From NCBI RefSeq assembly GCF_006345805.1, contig NC_043001.1, positions 24,428,001 through 24,492,000 on the forward strand: a DNA stretch of 64,000 nt, in the 5' to 3' direction. The notes below the pieces were generated by a model. The model had not been told where the DNA came from. It made no database searches and was given only the letters and a program-made list of their open reading frames with translations. Below, one piece after another: positions 50,885-63,900 of this stretch. Each line of letters opens with the position of its first letter. Position 1 is the stretch's first letter. The position numbers were made by a program, and so were the translations under genes. The stretch is from Octopus sinensis. Taxonomy: Eukaryota.

Positions 50885-53587
50885 AAGTAGTGAGCACTAC
50901 TTGTTAAGGAAGTCACCAGACCAGTTGTTTGTCAACCTGACAGTACAAGAACAAGTATAAGGCTGATGAAATTAGTATTGACATTTTTCTCAAAATTACA
51001 AATAGTTTCCTTATTCTTGCTGTCATCGTTGTCATCATCGTAATAACTTTACGTAGTATTATTTTCATTCCCATCAGTTCATCTACCTATCATTATTGTC
51101 ATCATTGCAATAGTCACACTGTTACCTTGCTGTCTTCACAAACTAATTCGACTAGTGCAGCCATAACCAAATTATCCATTATATTATACAAACTAATGAC
51201 TCAGATGCACATTAGTGCATAGTTGTTTGCACAGCTGCAGTTGTTGCATTAACTGAACAATCTATAGCTCTTAGACCTCATTTAGTTTTATTGATTGCAA
51301 CATCAATCAGTATAAATATATTACTATAATGTAGAAATATCTAATGGAAGTTGGTTATGTGTTTCTGTGAACGTGTATGTTTAGGTTTGAAGAATAAAGG
51401 TGAGATAACAGGAAAAACAAAAAGGAAGAGAAGGTGAAAGAAGAGTTGTGTTTCACTGTTTGAGTGGTTATAGTGATAACATATAGATCATTTGTTCAAA
51501 TTGTGCATTTTCTGTAGCTTTCCATATCTCATAAACTAGGTGCTGAGAAAAGAGCGTGTCCTAGCAAATATAGGAATATAAATTCATTAATGAATTTTAT
51601 GAATCTTTGTAACAGATGACAAAGTAAAACAGATTCTAAATGAACTTTTGATTGACCCATTGGATTCTTGTAATCAATGGCAATATTATTCACAAATGTG
51701 TATTAATAATTGGGTATTCTACCAGCAGTATATTGGATAGATATTATCCCTTATTTGATTGGATTATATATATATATATATATATATATATGGTTGTTAT
51801 ATTTTTCATAGAATGATAGGTTAGCTTGAATGATGCCTATATTACAATATGACGCAATGGTTCAGAAGGAATCAAATTCATTATGTGGTTTAGATTCCTA
51901 ACACAATCATAATTATCATTATTATCAGTGATGTCATTAAAATCCTAGGTTGTCAGGAGTTAGGTTTACTATACAGGACCCTTTCAATACTATGTCATCA
52001 CCAATATATTGATGTTTGCACTTCTTCCTGTAACTCTTATGTGGATTATGACCATTCTCATCACATAGCACTTTTTCTTCAAGCAGCAGATGGTGATGAC
52101 ACGCATCTCAATACAGCTACCTTCTATTCTATTTTCTTTCCATCATTTTTTTTTTTAGCTCCATCCAATCACCTGAGTTATTGATAACCAGGTAGCTTTC
52201 TGGAACCCTGAAATCATCACCATCATCATCATGTCACATCTAGGTTCCATGCTGTCATAGGTTGGATGGTTTGATGGGATCCATTGGGCTAAAGGACTAC
52301 ATCATACTTCAGTGTCAGCTTTGGCAGGGTTTCTCTGCTGGATGCCTTTCAAATGCCAACCACTTCACAATGTGCAAAAGGTGCTTTTTCACTTGCCACC
52401 AGCACTATTTAGGTTACCAAACAGCTCACAAGACTACGATCCCTGAGGGAGGTTGGTCTCAAGCTAGGGGGTGAGCAGTTAGAGTATGAGAAAAGGGGAT
52501 GCAGAACAGGTTCTTATAGAAAAGCTACATGGTTACTCACATTCAGGAGTGGAGTATGAGAGTAGAAACTATAAAGAGATAGATAAGTGTCCAGGAGGCC
52601 CCTCAAGGCATGAATTAAGTAGAAGTGGCTGGATGGGGCTACTGTATGATTGATTGTAAGAGTAACAAAAAATGAGGGGATGAGAATGCAACCTGTGGCT
52701 GTAAAAGAAGTTGGATGAAGTTGAAGTTGAACTGATGAGTCATGAATTAGGGTGGATGGAAATGTGGAAGAGAGTAGGTGGAGGGGAGAGTAACTGGATA
52801 GTAATGATACAGTTGACTGGGGGAGAAGGACAGAAGACAGATTACAAGGTGGAGGTTAGGCTGCAGGAGAAGTGGGGAGAAGTAGGCATAGTATGCTGGA
52901 AATTGGAAAGATATTTGTGTCAGAGAATTCCATCAGTTCTGTGATTCAGTTGACTACCTGCAATCCATTGGACTTTTTAATTGAGGCTAACCTAAGGTTA
53001 TGCAGCAACAATAATACATCCCCTTATACTCACTACACATTTACTCACCTCTTTTCTAGTATCACATATATCTGAGTGTACCTAACTTTTATTACACCAC
53101 TGCGTATTGAAAATCTGAACTCAGAACATGAAAATATGAAAGTTATTTTCTCTAATATACAATACAATAATTATCTTAACATAACAATAATAGAGAAATT
53201 ATTGGAACTAAAAAGTACAATATTGGTAATATACACAGTAGTGTTTGTATTAGTTATTATTATCTCCTTTATCATCACATTATCACACGACCAACAGTTG
53301 TAACCAATTTACTTCACTTACCACTTTGGGAAAAGTATGAACAAATTATGTACGAAAACAGTAATTATTCAAAATGTCTTATTAAATCAGGTAAACACTT
53401 CTTAATTTTTGTTTCTTTCAAAAGACTCTTACAGAGAAAAAAATAACAACAAATGGGAACCATGCTTCTAATTTGATATTTTATATTATCTAAACACCCA
53501 TTGACAAAGAGTTTGTCTACTAATTTTAGTTAATCAGTTTTTCAACTCTATATACACAGTTATTATAAATATATCATACCTTCTAGT

Positions 53588-53868
53588 CATCATCATCATC
53601 ATCATTTAACGTCCGCTTTGGGTTAGACGATTTGACTGAGGACTGGCAAACCAGATGGCTGCACCAGGCTCCAATCTGATCTGGCAGAGTTTCTATAGTT
53701 GGATGCCCTTCCTAACACCAACCACTCCGAGAGTGTAGTGGGTGATTTTACGTGCCACCGGCACGAGGGCCAGTCAGGCGGTACTGGCAATAGCCATGCT
53801 CAAATGGTGCTTTTTATGTGCCACCTGCACAGGAGCCAGTCCAGTGGCACTGGCGATGACCTCATGCA
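53588..53868 (-). mobile_element. RTE 3'-UTR fragment
   Basis: (CAT)n plus terminal UTR. Confidence 0.85.
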
Positions 53869-54793
53869 GAACACTCCTTTGTGGCATTTCCCCACTAATT
53901 CTATATATACCGATCACTTCTATGTCTAAACCCTTGAGTAGAGTGTGTTTCACTGTTGAGAGCTTATAAAAATAAGACTGGTTTGTTATCATCATCAGTT
54001 AACTTTAACGACATGATACACCTACATCATCATCATCATCATCATAATTTAACCTCCTCTTTTCCATCTTGCATGAATCAGATGGAATTCAATGAGGCAG
54101 ATTTTGTATGGTGTAATGCCTTTCTTGTTTCCAAACAAGGTAATATTTCCCCATGAACAGACATAGAAGATTCAAAATGAAGGACACAGCTTTTATATTA
54201 GTGACAGTTGCTTATAACTATTGCATGATGTCACGGTAAGGAGACACAAGCACAGCTACACACACACACACAAGTATAGGTGAAAAAAAATCTACACAAA
54301 TTGAATTTTTATATATAAAAGATGGAGGTGGAAATAGCTCAAAAGTAAACCTAAGACAGTTCAATTTAAGAAGGAATTTAATAAAAATGATTTAGAAAAT
54401 TACATAAAAAAAATATGACTGGTTTTGATGATGAATAAAAATTTGAATTAAAAACAGTTTTCCTTCTGTTTGGGGGTCAAAAACATGTCTGGAGATTTTT
54501 GGTTGATGTCTTCTTTAAATATAGCTTGGTATAGTGTTAAAGAGTAAGTGAGGGGTGCAGTTGTCTATTGTCTAAAAGAATTCTTTGTAAGATTCTGCCA
54601 AGGGAGTAGCTGTGTGTTGGTGGGTGTGTATGTTGTGATGAATGTCTTAATGAAGAAAGAATTAGGATTTTCCTTTGGGTTAGATGTATTCTTTTGAGTG
54701 TCTCCACTTGTGTGTATGTGTGTATGTTTGCATGTGTGTGTGCACGTGTGTATGTATGAGTGTTTTTTTGGGATGTTTTCTTTATATATATAT

Positions 54794-57553
54794 AAGATTA
54801 GAATAGTGCTTCATAATAGATTAGCAACCATTATATCGGCCTATGCCCCTCAGCCAGGGCTACCCGATGGACAGAAAGACAGTTCTATGACACCCTACTG
54901 CAGACCACCTCATCGACGAACGACAGGGACCTTCTCTTTGTGGCTGGTGATTTCAATGGGCATGTTGGACGACATGCTGGGGGCTTCCATGGCGTACATG
55001 GAGGCTACGGTTATGGTTCCCGCAACGAGGAGGGAACCAGGCTGCTGGAGTTCTGCGATGCGAATAGTCTTATGGTCTGCAACACTAACTTCAAAAACCA
55101 ACAAGCCACCTGGTCACCTACCGATCGGGCCGGCATACTAGCCAAATCGACTACATCCTTGCCAGAAAAAGGGAAAGATGGCTGCTAAAAATGCCAAAAC
55201 CTTCCCAGGCGAAGAATGCACCCCACAACATAGACTGGTAGTTAGTGACTTTAGGATCAGGACTAAGAGGGCGACTAGAAGACGACCAACATGGAGAAGA
55301 AGGGTCTGGAAGCTTAAAGCCCCTGCGAATGAACAGAGATTTAGAGATATGTTACTTGAAGCCTTTGACGAAGTGGAAGGGGGTATAGCTACACATGGGG
55401 TAGAAGACAACTGGACGTTTCTGAGGGACAACCTGCTGAAAGCCGCTGACCAGATCTGTGGCTGGTGCAAAGTCCCCTTAAGACCCAAAATAACGTGGTG
55501 GTGGAACAATATTGTTGACAGGGCTATTAGACAAAAGAAACAGGCTTGGAAGGCCTGGAAGAACGGTGGTAGCAGGGAAGGGTATCAGACTGCCAGAAGG
55601 GAAGCTAGGAGACAGTCTATCTAGCCAGAGGGGAAGCAGATAAGAGAAAATTTGCCAATGTCCTGCGCCGTGAGGATGAAAGACTTGGGTATTTCGTGTT
55701 GCAAGACAGTGTGTGAGAGAGAATCGTGATGTGGTAGGAGAGAAATGTGTTCGCATGGAGGATGGTTCACTTGCGCTAAATGAGGATGCAAAGAGAGAAG
55801 CTTGGAGACGCCACTATGAAAGGTTACTGAATGAGGAAAATGAATGGGATAAAGAGAGTCTGCCGAATGTTGACTCTACAGAGGGACCAGCTATCCGAGT
55901 TGATAGTTCCGTGGTAGCTAAGGCAATTAGAAGCATGAAGACAGGGAAAGCCCCAGGCCCATCAGGAATTACTGCAGAGATGCTCAAATATCTGGCAGTG
56001 TCGGCTATAACTATCAGTCACCCGTATAGTCAACCAGGTGATACACGAAGGAGTCATACCCAATGACTGGTGCAGCAGCATACTAGTCAACTGCTACAAA
56101 GGTAAAGGTGATGCCCTAGATACAAATAATTACAGAGGTATCAAGCTGTTGGATCAAGTAATGAAGGTTACGGAGAGGGTCATAGCCCAACTAATTAGAG
56201 AGAGAGTTAGTTTAGATGAGATGCAGTTTGGGTTCGTGCCAGGGAAAAGTACCACTGATGCTATATTCCTGGTAAGGCAGCTGCAGGAGAAATACCTAGC
56301 CAAAGATAAGCCCTGTACCTGGCTTCGTTGACATGGAGAAAGCTTTTGATAGGGTCCCCCGATCCCTTATCTGGTGGTCAATGAGGAAACTAGGGATAGA
56401 TGAATGGCTGGTGAGGACTGTGCAAGCCATGTACAGAGATGCCGTAAGTAAGGTTAGGGTTGGCAACATGTACACAGAAGAATTCAAAGTAGAGGTTGGG
56501 GTCCACCAGGGTTCAGTACTCAGCCCCCTCCTATTTATCATAGTACTCCAGGCAATTACGGAGGAATTCAAGACAGGCTGTCCCTGGGAGCTCCTCTACG
56601 CTGACGACCTTGCTCTTATTGCTGAGTCACTATCAGAATGGAGGAGAAGTTCCAGGTGTGGAAGGAGGGTTTAGAATCAAGGGGCCTTAGAGTCAACCTA
56701 GCTAAAACCAAAGTACTAATAAGTAGAAAGGTAGACAATCCACAAATATCTTCAGGAAGATGGCCCTGCTCGATCTGTAGAAAAGGTGTAGGTAGAAACT
56801 CTATAAGATGTACCCAGTGTAAGCTATGGACACATAAGAGGTGCAGCAATGTCAAAGGTAGGCTAACTGGGAAGATAGTTTTTGTATGTGGCAGATGCTC
56901 GGGAGCATTAACCTCCGAAAATCTGCAGAAAACAACTTCCGTCACTTTCCAGGGGGAAAAACTAGAAGTAGTTGATAGCTTCCGTTATCTAGGTGACCAA
57001 GTCAGTAGTGGGGGTGGGTGCGCTGAAAGTGTAACTGCTAGAATAAGAATAGCCTGGGCAAAGTTTAGGGAGCTCTTACCTCTGCTGGTGACTAAAGGCC
57101 TCTCGCTCAGAGTAAAAGGCAGACTGTATGATGCGTGTGTACGAACAGCCATGCTACATGGCAGCGAAACATGGGCTGTGACTGCTGAGGACATGCGTAA
57201 GCTCGTGAGGAATGAAGCCAGTATGCTCCGATGGATGTGTAATGTCAGTGTACATACTCGACAGAGCGTTAGCACCTTGAGAGAAATGTTGTACCTAAGA
57301 AGCATCAGTTGTGGTGTGGCAAGAGAGACGATTGCGCTGGTATGGTCATGTGGCGAGAATGGATGAAGATAGGTGTGTGAGAAAGTGCCAATCCCTAGCA
57401 GTTGAGGGAACCCGTGGAAGAGGTAGACCCAGGAAAACCTGGGACGAGGTGGTGAAGCACGACCTTCGAACTTTAGGCCTCACTGAGGAAATGACCAGAG
57501 ACCGAGACCTTTGGAAATATTCTGTACGTGAGAAGACCAGGCAGGACAAGTGA
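54794..57553 (+). pseudogene. RTE EN-RT ORF broken by about 10 small frameshifts
   Basis: Consecutive ORF fragments in the track join into one polyprotein with stop at 57551-57553. No in-frame nonsense codon noticed. Confidence 0.9.
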
Positions 57554-57649
57554 GCCCAGCCCACTTATGAATGCCTTTCTCCCTTGGACACAAAGACCGG
57601 TTGAGGCAAGCGAAGTCGATATAGAACCTCATCCGACGACAGACACCTG

Positions 57650-58090
57650 CCAACCCCCCATGCTTGCGAAGACATGTTGGGGCAAGCGAAATCGAAATCG
57701 AAATCGAAACCGAATTGAACCAGCCAGGATCCCTGGCCTGGTGGTACGTAAAAAGCACTATCCGACTCGTGGTCGTGGCACGTAAAATACTCCAATGCGA
57801 CCGTAGACAGGCACCCATGCCAACCCCCTTTGCTTGTGAAGACATGTTGGGGCAAGCGAAATCGAAATCGAATTGAACCAGCCAGGATCCCTGGTCTGGT
57901 GGTACGTAAAAAGCCTATCCGACTCGTGGCCGTGGCACGTGAAATACTCCAATGCGACCGTACGACAGGCACCCTTGCCAACCCCCTTTGCTTGTGAAGA
58001 CATGTTGGGGCAAGCGAAATCGAAATCGAATTGAACCAGCCAGGATCCCTGGTCTGGTGGTACGTAAAAAGCACTATCCGACTCGTGGCC
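57650..58090 (+). repeat. Roughly three tandem copies of a 158-170-bp unit in the RTE 3' UTR
   Basis: gacatgttggggcaagcg recurs at 57671, 57841 and 57999; internal (cgaaat)n varies. Confidence 0.93.
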
Positions 58091-58608
58091 GATGCCAGCA
58101 CCGCCTCGGACTGGCTTTCGCCGGTGGCACATAAAATACACCAATCTGACCGTGGCCGTTGCCAGCCCCGCCTGGCACCTGTGCAGGTGGCACGTAAAAA
58201 GCACCCACTACACTCACGGAGTGGTTGGCGTTAGGAAGGGCATCCAGCTGTAGAAACATTGCCAAATTAGACTGGAGCCTGGTGCAGCCTTCTGGCTTCC
58301 CAGAACCCCGGTCGAACCGTCCAACCCATGCTAGCATGGAGAACGGACGTTAAACGACGATGATGATGATGATGATACATATATATATGTGTGTGTGTAT
58401 GTGTAGAGTGTTAAGTGTGATGTCTATCTATAATGTTCTCTTATAAACAAAATCCCCCAAAACATCTGTTTTATATAAATAAGCAAGATATCTGTATTTT
58501 CACAGAATTGTATTTGACAAGTTCAAAAGACGAACGGAAACACTAATATGAAAATGAAGATATAATAATTTAAAAAGTTTTTTCCAAAATTCTGACAACT
58601 TTTTCTCA

Positions 58609-58639
<31 letters not shown>

Positions 58640-58994
58640 GAATGTAGTTTCAATATGCAAAGGATGTTTTTAATTTGACTAATAAATTACTGTGGGGGTA
58701 TCCATGAACATAATCCATTCCAGAGCCCTGTTTGTTAACCAAATTGTTCATTACATGAGCAACTGAAATACATAGAAATCAGAGTAGTTCATTCCATGCC
58801 ATGCACAAACTCCACAAAAAGGCATAAAATGATGTTAATTTGTCCATCTGTCAATATCTTATGCATAGATATCCGCTTACATGTGTGTGTGTGTGTGCAT
58901 GTGTGTGTGTATTTTACTCTTTGTCATGCTTTTGTCAATCCATGGTTATGATTTTAACATGAAATGTGAGAAATATTACTTTTATATTCTCTTT

Positions 58995-59367
58995 TACTCT
59001 TTTACTAGTTTCAGTCATTTGACTGTGGCCATGCTGGAGTACCGCCTTCAGTCAAGCAAATCGACCTCAGGACTTATTCTTTGTAAGCCTAGTACTTATT
59101 CTACGGGTCTCTTGCCGAACCGCTAAATTGCGGAGGCATAAACACACCACCATCGGTTGTCAAGCGATGTTGGTGGGACAAACACAGACACACATACATA
59201 TATACGACAGGCTTCTTTCAGTTTCCGCCTACCAAATCCACTCACAAGGCTTTGGTCAGCCCGAGGCTATAGTAAAAGATACTTGCCCAAGGTGTCACGC
59301 AGTGGAACTGAACCCAGAACCATGTGGTTGGTAAGCAAGCTACTTACCACACAGCCACTCCTGCACC
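58995..59367 (-). mobile_element. SINE family A
   Basis: Full-length reverse complement. Confidence 0.9.
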
Positions 59368-60135
59368 TAAGTATACATATATAAAATATGTAAATTTACA
59401 AGCTATATGAGATGTCTAGATGCTTTTCAACAAATTGCTTCTACATACTTTCTTAGCCACATATACCTCTCCATAGTCTACTTGTGATTGATATTCAAAT
59501 TTCAGCTCATCGGCTGAATCTAATTTTCTTCAGTAAAACTGTTCACCAAACAATTTGTTCATTTAGCATACTATTCATATAGGTTCTCCCAGCGCTTACA
59601 TGCATGCATAGTCCACTACTCCTGGTTTGTTGTCCAAATTTCAGCTCACTAAGCAAATGGGCTCCCAGTCACTTATACGTATGTGTAGCCTGCACATTAT
59701 TCATTGATCAGATATCGGCTCGTTATACAAGTTTAATTTTCTTCAGAGAAACCATTCATTATTCAATTTCTTCATATAGAAGACTGTTCATACATGGGTA
59801 TCTCAGGGTATCTACACAATAACTTTACTTCTTTTGTACATGACTTTTATCACCCATTTAATGCACTAGTTTACTATATCACACCCTTAAGCCATTATTG
59901 GAAAAACGATTAAAGAACAAATAATCTCATAGAATATACAAAGTTTATAGGGAGGGATATTTTGTTCCATCATTCTACTTTTTACTAGGCTAAAGATATT
60001 GTTTATAAAATTGCAAATAAATTTCGCTAAATTTTCATAAAACTTGCTTCATTTCAGTTTATATATCAACCGAATGTTTTGCATCATTTGATTATATTTT
60101 GTCTACTTATATTTCTTAATCAGATTTATGTATTA

Positions 60136-60515
60136 CTAGCACTATGACCTGGCAACGCTGGGTCATAGTGCTAGTGCATGCATATACAGCTGTGTGCGTG
60201 TGCACATACACACGAGTACTGTCCAAATCTCTGACCAATCACATACAGCCAGCTGGCATTCAATTGGCGTATCAAGTTTCGGGCATTTTGATTGGGTTTT
60301 GGATAGAAAATTCACAAAAAAGTCACTTCTATTGATTTTTTAATGGCCTTGCTGGGTGACTGGGGAAATATAAAGATGTGCATGAACACCCTTGGACGGT
60401 TTTGAATGACCATAGAAAGTGCAAGCCCTCTAACTGAAAAATTGTGGATTTGTATAAAGGATACACACACACACACACATACAGACAGACATTTTGCCGT
60501 TTATATATAGAGAGA
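60136..60515 (-). mobile_element. Non-autonomous Helitron with a palindromic 3' end
   Basis: Minus-strand 5' TCTCTCTATATATAAAC, 3' CTAG, A|T target; 15-bp perfect terminal stem. Confidence 0.8.
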
Positions 60516-60536
60516 TAAGTGTTACAATCAGTTACA

Positions 60537-60919
60537 GTGGAGGCGTAGTGACCCAGTGGTTAGGGCAGCGGACTCGCAGTCATAGGATCGCGGTTTCGAT
60601 TCCCAGACCGGGCGTTGTGAGTGTTTATTGAGCGAAAACACCTAAAGCTCCACGAGGCTCCGGCAGGGATGGTGGTGATCCCTGCTGTACTCTTTCACCA
60701 CAACTTTCTCTCACTCTTACTTCCTGCTCCTGTTGTACCTGTATTTCAAAGGGCCGGCCTTGTCACTCTCTGTGTCACGCTGAATATCCCCGAGAACTAC
60801 ATTAAGGGTGCACATGTCTGTGGATTGCTCAGACACTTACATGTTAATTTCACGAGCAGGCTGTTCCGTTGTTTCGGATCAACCGGAACCCTCATCGTCG
60901 TAACCGACGGAGTGCTTCC
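60537..60919 (+). mobile_element. SINE family D with a 13-bp TSD
   Basis: TSD acaatcagttaca at 60524-60536 and 60920-60932. Confidence 0.93.
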
Positions 60920-61279
60920 ACAATCAGTTACATAGTACTGAGACCATAAATTTTTGAAAATAGAGAAGCAAAAGAAAAAAGCCTTACATGATGCAACATT
61001 TTTTCTTTTATGCCTTTACTATGAAGCTGTTGATACAGACAGAATGGTCAATTGACTCTTAAAGAAATAGACAGGTTGTTATTATTGTTAGACCTAAGTG
61101 AACATTGAACCTCGACCAAACAGAAGTTTGGTTCTAAACATTCCAGGAATGACCATCCTCACTTTTTTGGGGGATATCTTTTATCTTTTATTTGTTTCAT
61201 TCATTGAACTGCAGCTATGCTGGTGCACCGCTTTGGAGGTTTTAATTGGGCAATTCAGCCTCAGTACTTATTTTTTTAG

Positions 61280-61590
61280 TGGAGGCACATGGCCTAGTGG
61301 TTAGAGCAGGGGACTCACAGTCAAGGGATCGTGGGTTTGAATCTCAGAGCAGGCAATGTGTGTGTTTATGAGCAAAACACTTAAGCTCCATGTGGCTCCG
61401 GCAGAAGGTAATGGCGAACTTCTGCTGACTCTTTCGCCACAACTTTCTCTCACTCTTTCCTCCTGCATCTTGCAGCTCACCTGCGACGGACAGACGTCCC
61501 ATCCAGGTGGGGAACCTATATGGCAAGGAAACTGGGAAACCGGCCCTTATGAGCCAGGCATGGCTCGAGAAGGAACAAATAACAAAGAAA
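61280..61590 (+). mobile_element. SINE with a D-type head and an E-type 3' domain
   Basis: Head resembles 60537; 3' part cgtcccatccagg...gaaactgggaaaccggccc.tatgagcc resembles 32080-32160. Confidence 0.75.
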
Positions 61591-61930
61591 CTTATTTTTT
61601 AAGTCTAGCACTTATTCTATCAATCTCTTTTGCTAAACAGTTAAGTTATGGAGATATAAATAAACCAACACTGGCCGTTAAGTGGTGGTGGGAACAAACA
61701 CAAACTCTCTCTCTGTTTCTGTCTCATACACACACACATATACACACAACACACTCATACACACACATATGCATGAACACACATTTATATGATGGCTTCT
61801 TTCGGTTTTTGTATACCAAAATTCACTCACAAAGCCAGGGCTGTAGCAGAAGACACTTGCCCAAGTTGCCACACAATGGGACTGAACCTGAAACCATGTG
61901 GTTGCAAAGTAAGTTTCTTAACCACACAGA
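61590..61930 (-). mobile_element. SINE family A (older)
   Basis: Reverse complement, diverged. Confidence 0.75.
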
Positions 61931-62264
61931 CATGCCATGAATATACTTGTCAAGGTCATTCTCTTTTATGGTGCTGGAATATGATTTGAGGAACATTTGC
62001 TGCTGTTTTTAGTAAGGCAAACAACTTTATAGCGGATTAATTAATTTAGAGTTATATTTGAGCTTTTAAAATAACTTACTGCTATAAATAGTAAAGTTCC
62101 TATGAAAGTACACACTGATATACTGCTTCAAGACTTGTGTAATCTACAGATGGCTGGTCTTGTAATTTACTGGAAATTCAACACTTCTTAGCATTAGAAT
62201 ATAAATATTAGATGTTTGTTGTGGAGCATTTTCTTTGACAAAAGCAATATTTATGAACTACATA

Positions 62265-62437
62265 AGCGTAGGAGTAGCTGTGTGGTAAGTAGCTTGCTTA
62301 CCAACCACATGGTTCTCGGTTCACTCCCACTGCATGGCACCTTGGGCAAGTGTCTTCTACTATAGCCTCAGGCCGACCAAAGCGTTGTGAGTGGATTTGG
62401 TAGACGGAACTGAAAGAAGACCATTGTATATATGTAT

Positions 62438-62529
<92 letters not shown>

Positions 62530-62938
62530 GATATATATATATATATATATATATATAGATATATACATATATGAATTAGAAAAAACCCCACCTTTTATCA
62601 ATTCAATTTGGAATAATATTCCCTCATATTATTATATATATATAGATATATATATGTAAGTATGTATGTATGTATGTATGTATGTATGTATGTATGTATG
62701 TGTGTGTGTATACGTTTGTGTGTCTGTGTTTGTCCCCCCGACATCACTTGACAACTGATGCTGGTGTGTTACGTCCCTGTAACTTAGCAGTTTGGCAAAA
62801 GAGACCGATAAAATAAGTACTAGGCTTACAAAGAATAAGTCCTGGGTTCGATTTGCTCAACTAAAAGACGGTGCTCCAGCATGACCACAGTCAAATGACT
62901 GAAACAAGTGAAAGAGTAAAAGAGTAAAGAGTAAGAGA
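62265..62938 (+). mobile_element. SINE family A with an expanded internal (TA)n/(TATG)n tract
   Basis: Head at 62265-62425, body and tail at 62715-62938. Confidence 0.88.
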
Positions 62939-63240
62939 GTACATACAAATAGTTAACAGCTCCTCATTGTAGTAACTACCTCATAAGTTCAACAACACTG
63001 TGGTAGACTAGTAAATAGAGAGAAACCTATGATGGAAATGTCTGGCATATTTAGATTACTGACATAAGTTATTACTGGCGTTCTTACTGTCAACTGAAGA
63101 GTCTACTTCATCTTCTGATGTCTGATTTACAATTTACATATTTGAGTTATCTTCAAATATATATGTTTATATAGAGGCACTTTCTTCAGCAAAGATTCCA
63201 ACTTATTAACAAGTTTTGCAGGATGTCAAAGAATATATAT

Positions 63241-63275
<35 letters not shown>

Positions 63276-63406
63276 TAAGGTATGTAGAAAAATACAACAT
63301 GGACAAGAACGTATAACTCATAGAAGACGATACAATAAACATGGACAGGACATTCGAACCCCTCAGTCTTCAGTCAAGAACCGGATCATCGTAGTAATTC
63401 CGGCTG

Positions 63407-63437
<31 letters not shown>

Positions 63438-63626
63438 TTGTGTGTGTGTGTGTGAGAGAGAGAGAGAGTGTGTGTATGCATAGGAGTAGCTGTGTGGTAA
63501 GTAGCTTGCTTACCAACCACATGTTTTGCTCAAGAACACAACACGTTGCCCAGTCCAGGAATCAAAATCATAATCTTACTATCATGATGCTGACACTCTC
63601 ACCACTAAGCCACGTGCCTCTATGCT

Positions 63627-63660
<34 letters not shown>

Positions 63661-63663
<3 letters not shown>

Positions 63664-63900
63664 ATAAATATTAGGGAATAAATTTACAGGGAAAAAATCA
63701 GATTTAGGATTGAATCCAATTTTATAGTAAAATATAATATAATATTAATTAGAGACAAAACCACTATTATGCAAATCAAACAAAGAAAGACTTAATCCAA
63801 TACATAAAAATTTTATATAAATTAAATATAATTAAGATATCCACTACGATCGTTTCTTGTCACTTCTATGGACATTCATCAGGTGGTTTCAAGACCTAAA
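63661..63900 (-). mobile_element. Penelope-like terminal element, same family as 2924-3215
   Basis: Adjacent to (TA)n; near-identical to the reverse complement of 3128-3212 and to 2930-3000. May run past the window end. Confidence 0.7.
63841..63886 (-). ncRNA. Minimal type I hammerhead ribozyme motif
   Basis: Minus strand reads ccac CTGATGA a-tgtc(catagaagt)gaca-a GAA ACGATCGT A gtgg. Confidence 0.78.

Larger units (their letters stand above)
54794..58376 (+). mobile_element. RTE-clade LINE, 5'-truncated within the endonuclease
   Basis: APE motifs (SAYAPQ, GDFNGHVG, IDYI, QHRLVV), RT motifs (NYRGIKLL, QGSVLSP, YADD at 56597-56608), GRPRKTW C-terminus, long 3' UTR, (GAT)n tail. Confidence 0.97.

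Noticed and set aside
60537-60610. tRNA genes at SINE heads
   Set aside because: A/B-box-like motifs are present but run into SINE bodies with TSDs; no complete cloverleaf was evident.
63348-63378. CTGAAGA...GAA in another TA-flanked element
   Set aside because: GAA is followed by T rather than A and there are no consistent stems.
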